Below, piece by piece: positions 58,056-64,000 of a DNA stretch of 64,000 nt. The stretch comes from Myxococcota bacterium (GTDB taxonomy: Bacteria > Myxococcota_A > Polyangia > Nannocystales > Nannocystaceae). Location of the stretch: positions 192,001-256,000 of the forward strand of contig JBCCWC010000001.1 in NCBI GenBank assembly GCA_039194325.1. Direction: 5' to 3'. Within the stretch, counting starts at the first letter, position 1, and every line of letters begins with the position of its first letter. The notes under the pieces were generated by a model. The model had not been told where the DNA came from, searched no databases, and worked only from the letters and a program-made list of their open reading frames with translations. The position numbers and the translations under genes are program-made.

Positions 58056-58910
58056 CTAGAGGTTCTCCTGGCAAAAGTCCTCGACGGCGAACACGTAGGG
58101 CTGTAGGGCCGCCTCTTCCGCGGGAGTGTAGACCGGGGCCGCGGCGCACGAGGGCGAGGTCAGGATGTCCAGGGTGTAGTCAGCAAACGTGTCCAGCTGG
58201 CCCTGGCAGGCGCCCGCGTCGCCGTAGAGCTCGGAGAGCTCCCACTGATCGCCGTCGTACTCGAACCCGGCGGTGACCAGGTCGCCGAGCTGCAGCTCGA
58301 TCTCCACATAGAAAAAGGACGTGCTGTCGGGATCGATGTCGGCCGCGACCGGAGCATCGCCGGCCTCACAGGTCCCTCCCCCTCCGCCCGGGCCGCCGCT
58401 GGGATCGACCGGAGGCGGCTGCCAGTCGTTGCAAGAGAACGACTGCGAGCGCAGCTGACCCAAGGTCGACGCGAAGCTCGAGATCGACTCCGAGCTCAGC
58501 AGGTTCCAGGTGTTGGGCGCGTCATAGACGTGGGCCTCGGCCGAGGCGTCGTCGCAGCCGATCACCGCGATCACGTAGTGCTGGAAGTCCTCGAGCTGCT
58601 CTTGGTCGACGACCCCAGGGCCCAGGATCTGAGCGCTGGTCGACAGCGGAATGGTCGAGGGATCGAAGCTCTCGAACTGAATGTCGACGGGGACCGCGTC
58701 GAAGCCGTCGACGATGGTCTCGATGGTCAGGACATAGACATAGTCTTCCAGATCCCAGTCGTACTCCCACGAGTGATAGTAGTCGTGGATCTGCGGGTGA
58801 TCGCCGGAGGCAGCCAGGGCCGTGGCGGGGCCGAGGGCCACCACGGCGAGGGTCGCAAGCGCGCTGCGATGGATCCGAGCAAGGGGTCGGTGCGTGATCA
58901 TGGTGAACAT
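58056..58910 (-). CDS. Secreted acidic hypothetical protein
   Basis: Signal peptide ending ATALA-A; six Cys. Confidence 0.75.
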   Translation of the reverse strand: MFTMITHRPLARIHRSALATLAVVALGPATALAASGDHPQIHDYYHSWEYDWDLEDYVYVLTIETIVDGFDAVPVDIQFESFDPSTIPLSTSAQILGPGVVDQEQLEDFQHYVIAVIGCDDASAEAHVYDAPNTWNLLSSESISSFASTLGQLRSQSFSCNDWQPPPVDPSGGPGGGGGTCEAGDAPVAADIDPDSTSFFYVEIELQLGDLVTAGFEYDGDQWELSELYGDAGACQGQLDTFADYTLDILTSPSCAAAPVYTPAEEAALQPYVFAVEDFCQENL

Positions 58911-59223
58911 CCCAGGTCGTCGGGCGTCTCCCGACGGCGGTCAAGGTGAACCGCAACGGGCCACTGGAAAAGGCCGGGACGCCGAGACAACCATCACGGG
59001 GCGTGTTCGGGCGTGTCACTCGATTGCAACGTGAGCCCCAAGGTGTAGCGACGGGCGGCGATGCGCGGCGGCGCTCGCCGGGTGCGCGAAGGCATGCCGT
59101 GGTGTCGTCGGCCGACCCCGCATCGAGGATCCGGGGAAGAACACGGTCTGCGGCTCGAAAATCGACCCCTGAGCCTGCGCAGCGAGCACCGGGCTCACCG
59201 GGCAGATCTATGCTGCTCGGGTC

Positions 59224-60489
59224 ATGACCCTCGGCATGTTCCAGAAGTTGAACGAGCACTACGGACAAGATCCCGAGCAGGCCAAGTTCTTCTGGTCGGG
59301 CGGACCCGTGGAAGTAGCCGAGCGCACATGGTTCGTGTCGTTCTTCAGCGGGGTCACCGGCTTCGAGACAGACGAGGGGTTGGTGCTAGTGGACTCGGGG
59401 CTGTCTCGGCTCGCTCCCGCGCTCGACCAGATGCTGCGACGCAAGACCAGCGCACCGGTGCACACGGCCGTGTTCACCCAGGGGCACGTGGACCACGCCT
59501 TTGGGCTCGCGGCGTTCTTGCGCGAGGGCCAGCCGGCCCCAAGGGTGGTGGCTCACCGCGCGATGCCGGCCCGCTTCGACCGGTATGAGCGCACGTCGGG
59601 TCACAACCAGGCGATCAATGCTCGCCAGTTCGGCGGCACGGTGGAGATGAGCGACTCACAGCTCGACACCTTCCGCGCCCCACAGTACGCCCCCGACACC
59701 CTGTACGACCAACGCTTCGACTTCACGGTGGGGGGGGTGCGCTTCGAGGTCCATCACTGCCGGGGAGAGACCGACGATCACAGCTTTGTGTGGTGTCCCG
59801 ACCGGGAGGTGCTGTGCCCGGGCGACCTGTTCATCTGGGCGGTCCCCAACGCCGGCAACCCGCAAAAGGTGCAGCGCTACCCCTGGGACTGGGCCGCGGG
59901 GCTCCGAGCCATGGCCGCCCTGGGGGCCCGGAGCCTGTGTCCCGGGCACGGGGGGCCGGTGGTGGACGATCCCAAGAAGATCCGGCGCATGCTGGAGGAG
60001 ACCGCGGATCTGCTCGATCTGATCGTCGAGCGCACCCTCGACGTCCTCAACGCCGGCTCACCACCACACGTGGACATCGTGCACCGCGTGCGCCTGCCGG
60101 TGCGGGAGGCACCGTGGCTCCAGCCGGTCTACGACGAGGCGGAGTTCATCGTGCGCAACGTGATCCGCTACTTCGGCGGGTGGTGGAGCGGGCGACCCAG
60201 CGAGCTCAAGCCCGCGCCGCGCAGCCGGGTGGCGGACGAGCTGGCGGCCCTGGCCGGGGGGCCCCTCGCGCTGGTGGCCCGCGCGGAGGCCCTGGCCAAC
60301 GAGGGCGACCTGCGAACGGCCTGTCATCTGGCCGACTACGCGCTCGAGGCCGCCCCGGAGGACCCGGAGCTGGCTCACCGAGTGGCGACGATCTACGAGC
60401 GACGATCCCAGGGCGAGACGAGCCTGATGGCGATCAACCTCTATAGCTCGGCGGCCGCATACGCGCGGGCGGGCCGTCCGTTCAAGTAG
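59224..60489 (+). CDS. Alkyl sulfatase-like metallo-beta-lactamase-fold hydrolase
   Basis: LVLVDSG, TQGHVDH, GETDDH, PNAGNPQKVQRY, PGHG; dimerisation region GWWSGRPSELKP. Confidence 0.88.
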   Translation: MTLGMFQKLNEHYGQDPEQAKFFWSGGPVEVAERTWFVSFFSGVTGFETDEGLVLVDSGLSRLAPALDQMLRRKTSAPVHTAVFTQGHVDHAFGLAAFLREGQPAPRVVAHRAMPARFDRYERTSGHNQAINARQFGGTVEMSDSQLDTFRAPQYAPDTLYDQRFDFTVGGVRFEVHHCRGETDDHSFVWCPDREVLCPGDLFIWAVPNAGNPQKVQRYPWDWAAGLRAMAALGARSLCPGHGGPVVDDPKKIRRMLEETADLLDLIVERTLDVLNAGSPPHVDIVHRVRLPVREAPWLQPVYDEAEFIVRNVIRYFGGWWSGRPSELKPAPRSRVADELAALAGGPLALVARAEALANEGDLRTACHLADYALEAAPEDPELAHRVATIYERRSQGETSLMAINLYSSAAAYARAGRPFK

Positions 60490-60741
60490 GGCGCGAGCGA
60501 GCAACTCTGCGGCGATCCACCGTACTGAACGTTCGATATCATCCTCGCTGTATCTTTCACGGCTTTCATAATTAGGGCGTTGCATTTTTCTCGACAAAAA
60601 ACTTGCCGCGATCCGATCGTCGGGCTATCCCTTCTGACCCGCCGGACAACGCATCGCGGTCTCTTCTGAGATCGGGCGAGGCGAAGCGCCGGCCACTACG
60701 TGTCACCCCTTGGGGTGCTCGAACCTACGCGGGAGATCCCC

Positions 60742-61452
60742 ATGCGCGCTCATACCTTTGCTCTGTCGATGGCCCTGCTGGCCCTGCCGGCCCTGCTGGC
60801 CATTGGCTGCGATTCCGCCGACTTCGAGCCCGAGACGGCCGAAGAACGCGCCGAGCTACCCCCTCAGCACCTGCCTCTCGAAGGCTCGCCCACCGCCTAC
60901 GGCATGCTGCGGGTGGTCAACGAGCTGCCCTTGGCCACGCTCGATCGCGAGGTCGCGCTCGACCGACGTGCGGCCCAGAGCATCGTCGGGTTCCGAGCAG
61001 GCCCAGACGGGCTGCTCGACACGGCCGATGATCGCTATGTGGACAGCATCGCGCAGCTCGACGAGCTGCACTGGCTGGGCGAGGCGAACCTGTGGACGAT
61101 CCAGCACCACGCCCTGCTCGAAGGTTTCGTACCCGAGTCGCTGCCGATCGCCCGCTGCCCCGCCGTGCTCGCCGAGGTGGTCGACCAGTGCCTGCGCTTC
61201 ACCGAGCAGGCCGCCACGGGCGAAGCGACCATGGACGATCTCGTCCCCAGCTGCCTCGAGCAGAGCGAGCCGAGCTGCCCCTCGTCCGAGTTCTTCGCCC
61301 AACAGGGCATGGTCGACTACGAGGATCCGATGCTCGGATATCACGCGCTATTGTGCGATTCCGAGGCACCGGCCGAGCCGTGCGCGCTGGGGGTGGCGGG
61401 CATGGCCGCACACTTCGGGCCACACTGCGACGCGCTCTACGACGCGGGTTAG
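60742..61452 (+). CDS. Lipoprotein with HhH-like N-terminal module and Cys-rich C-terminus
   Basis: AIG-C lipobox; EGSPTAYGMLRVVN...RAGPDG...DSIAQLDELHWLG. Confidence 0.7.
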   Translation: MRAHTFALSMALLALPALLAIGCDSADFEPETAEERAELPPQHLPLEGSPTAYGMLRVVNELPLATLDREVALDRRAAQSIVGFRAGPDGLLDTADDRYVDSIAQLDELHWLGEANLWTIQHHALLEGFVPESLPIARCPAVLAEVVDQCLRFTEQAATGEATMDDLVPSCLEQSEPSCPSSEFFAQQGMVDYEDPMLGYHALLCDSEAPAEPCALGVAGMAAHFGPHCDALYDAG

Positions 61453-61500
61453 TGATTGGATCGAGCGCCGCTCCGCCGCCGCCGACCCGGCCACCCCGCC

Positions 61501-62862
61501 TTACCCGGTGCTGACCAGGCTCAAGCCCCAGCCGGTCATGTCACTATAAGTATACGGCCCGGTGAGCCCCTGGTACTGCTGCCAGGTCTGCGTGGCGGGA
61601 TCGATCTTGAAGGCGCTGTCGGTCTGGTCGACCATCCACACATAACCGTCGAAGTCGATGCTGATCCCCCGTGAGTTGGGGGTGACCGCGGTCATATCGA
61701 TGGTCTGCATGATGGCCATGGTCTCCACGTCGAACGCGATGACCCCGCGGGTGGTCTCCCAGGGATACATCGCCATCCACATGCGCCCGTTCGCGTCCTC
61801 CTGGATCCCCAGGCCGGTGACGCCAGGGAGCGTCTGCCAGGTGGCGGTCATCGGATCGTAGCGGGTGCTCCCCCCCTGATAACCGGCTAGCCACACGCGA
61901 TTGCTGGAATCGATGGTGATCCCATAGGGCGCCACGGGGTCGGGTACGTCGAAGATCTCGTAGCTCGCCCCATCGGCGCTCACGTGCACCAGCGGGTGGG
62001 GCAAGCCGGAATCGCGAGAGTGGAACCAAAAGTCGTTGTTGGCGTCGACCGCCCCGCCGTAGGGCCCAAAGCCACCCGAGCTGAGCTCGGGCACGGGGAC
62101 CTGCACCTCGATCGTGCCCGTGTCCCCGTCGAGGCGCATGGCCACCACGGTGCCCGCGCTGTTGGCCACCGAGGCGGTGGTCCAGATCTTCTGATCGAGG
62201 TAGGCACACTGGTCCTCGTCGAAGGTCCCCGAGGTCCAGGCAACCGGGCGCTGCTGGTTTTGGTTGACCGGCGTGTACCAGGCCAGGCACTCCTCGGTCC
62301 CCCACGGGAGGATGTCGGCCGCACCGCTCGAGGTCTGGATCCCGGGGGTGCCGTTGCTCTCCTGGCAGCGATCTTGCTGAGCGTAGATCTTGGCGACCCC
62401 GCCGAAGCGGTTGGCGACCGCCACGTCGCCGACGAGGTTGACCGAGGTGCGAGAGGGGTTGCCCGCCGAGTCGGGTCGCACGATATAGCGCCCGAGCTCG
62501 GTGAGGGTCTGGGTGTCGATCTTGGAGACCGTGCCCTGGGCCGAGTTGGCGACCCAGATGTACGAGAAGTCGAGGCCTCCCCCTTGCCCGCACCCGGGCA
62601 CGTCGGGTACGCCCACGTCGAACAAAGGTCCGTCGGCCGAGCCATCGGCCGAGCTGGTGGGTGAGCCGGTGATCTCGGCCGAAGCCCCCATGCTCGCGTC
62701 ACCCGTGCTGGGAGCCGTGCCGGTGGGATCGGTCTCGCTCGTGTTCGGCGGCCCGAGGCTGGTCGGGCCCACGTCGGCATCAGCCCGACCGCCATCGTCT
62801 CCGCCACAGGCCAGGGCGAGCGTGGGCAACAGGGCCAAGGTCCACATCGTCGTGCGCATCAT
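61501..62862 (-). CDS. Beta-propeller lipoprotein (Vgb-lyase-like repeats)
   Basis: ALA-C lipobox; IWVANS..GTVSKIDT, PSRTSV, PYGITID, C-terminal PYTYSDMTG. Confidence 0.8.
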   Translation of the reverse strand: MMRTTMWTLALLPTLALACGGDDGGRADADVGPTSLGPPNTSETDPTGTAPSTGDASMGASAEITGSPTSSADGSADGPLFDVGVPDVPGCGQGGGLDFSYIWVANSAQGTVSKIDTQTLTELGRYIVRPDSAGNPSRTSVNLVGDVAVANRFGGVAKIYAQQDRCQESNGTPGIQTSSGAADILPWGTEECLAWYTPVNQNQQRPVAWTSGTFDEDQCAYLDQKIWTTASVANSAGTVVAMRLDGDTGTIEVQVPVPELSSGGFGPYGGAVDANNDFWFHSRDSGLPHPLVHVSADGASYEIFDVPDPVAPYGITIDSSNRVWLAGYQGGSTRYDPMTATWQTLPGVTGLGIQEDANGRMWMAMYPWETTRGVIAFDVETMAIMQTIDMTAVTPNSRGISIDFDGYVWMVDQTDSAFKIDPATQTWQQYQGLTGPYTYSDMTGWGLSLVSTG

Positions 62863-63041
62863 CAAGCTCTTTTGCCTGCATCTTTCTAAGTCACGAAAGC
62901 GGCCGCAGCCAAGGGGCACGACGCCGAGGAGGAACACGCGGACGCCCGCGGGTCGGATCGACGCGCGAGGCGTCGAAAAACAAACCCCACCGCCGATCCA
63001 GCGGTGGGGCGTGCTCCATCCCCGTCGATGTGACGCCGCCG

Positions 63042-64000
63042 CTACTTCGCGGCCGGAGCCGCCGCCGGAGCGGCATCCTTGGCCTCACCGCCAGCTTCGG
63101 TCTTGGCTTCTGCCTTGGCCTCGGCCTTGCCCGCGCCGTCCTCGGCCCCGGGCTTCTTGGGCAGGGCGATCTCGGCCCAGACCACCAGGTGATCGCTGAC
63201 GTCGCGGTGCGGCTCCTTGTCCACGGCGACCGAGGGCCATGGGGTGTCGGCGGGATCTTCTTGCTCGCGCACGATGATGTCGCGCCCGGAGGTCTCGGCC
63301 CCCCGCATCACCAAGCCGCACGAGAAGATCCGGTCGAGCGCCTCGCCACCCCCGATCGTGGTGGACTGCGCGAGGGTCTCGGCGGCCGAGTCTTCGCAGT
63401 TGTCGTTGCTCTGCTTGGTCGCCTCACCCGAGAGCATGCCCGAGGCGCTCTGCTTGTAGTCGTTGTCGTAGGGGAGGGTCTTGTCGCCCAGGGTTCCCAG
63501 CAAGATCACGGGCCGCTTCTTGGCGGCCTTGGTCACGCGGCGCTTGAGCGACTTGGCCATCTCGTTGCGCTGCTTGACCGCCCCCTTGTTGCTCCCCTCT
63601 TTGAGGTGCATCGCGATCACGGTGATCTCGTCGCCGGTGGGCAGCTCGACCTCGGCGGCCACATGGATCGGCGCGTAGGCGTCGGTACGCCGCTCGTCCT
63701 TGATGGGGAAACGCGAGAGGATCGCGACGTGTCGGCCGGTGCGCTTGTCCTCGCCGGGGACCCAGGCGTACTGGTAGTCGGGCCCCTCCTTGGTGGTGAC
63801 GCTGCTGGTGATGTCGGTGAGCTCTCGCTCGCCGCCCAGCTCGACCAGCACCACGATGTCGAGCTTCTCGGCCACGAGCACGTCGACGATCCGATCCCGC
63901 TTCCACTCCCAGGTATCGTCATCGGGCGCGACGTGGGGCTTGGCCGTGGTGGGTCGCTTGTCCCCCAGCGGATCGAAGGCCCAGTCCACATTGAACGTAC
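63042..64000 (-). CDS. Endonuclease/exonuclease/phosphatase family protein; 5' end lies outside the window
   Basis: TFNVDW, DIVVLVE, AILSRFPI, MHLK, LDRIF, SDHLVV. Confidence 0.8.
   Translation of the reverse strand, partial: TFNVDWAFDPLGDKRPTTAKPHVAPDDDTWEWKRDRIVDVLVAEKLDIVVLVELGGERELTDITSSVTTKEGPDYQYAWVPGEDKRTGRHVAILSRFPIKDERRTDAYAPIHVAAEVELPTGDEITVIAMHLKEGSNKGAVKQRNEMAKSLKRRVTKAAKKRPVILLGTLGDKTLPYDNDYKQSASGMLSGEATKQSNDNCEDSAAETLAQSTTIGGGEALDRIFSCGLVMRGAETSGRDIIVREQEDPADTPWPSVAVDKEPHRDVSDHLVVWAEIALPKKPGAEDGAGKAEAKAEAKTEAGGEAKDAAPAAAPAAK

Overview
High-GC chromosomal window whose gene content points to a myxobacterium, probably Nannocystaceae-like: a MYXO-CTERM protein, a DUF1592/DUF1552 pair, many lipoproteins, ECF sigma/FecR modules and multidomain Ser/Thr kinases. 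It holds about 50 CDS, one tRNA-Leu(TAG), trxB, an HtrA protease, a heterodimeric ABC exporter and several intergenic repeat arrays. I saw no integrase, transposase, reverse transcriptase, CRISPR array or rRNA. Best leads: (1) a DUF3179 gene that the ORF track splits at an in-frame TGA, which forms a UxxC motif followed by an fdhF-like SECIS hairpin, i.e. a probable selenoprotein; (2) a tightly overlapping operon of atypical acyl-CoA dehydrogenase, ubiquitin-like MoaD/ThiS protein, double hot-dog protein and kinase-ATPase-TPR protein, with no E1 enzyme and a distinctive operator; (3) a CHAT-kinase-FGE/C-type-lectin-fold gene whose last ~130 nt look like a remote DGR variable region; (4) a citrate-synthase homologue lacking the GPLHGG catalytic His; (5) an ECF sigma gene with no canonical start codon. 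All family calls come from motif recognition by eye, not from database searches.
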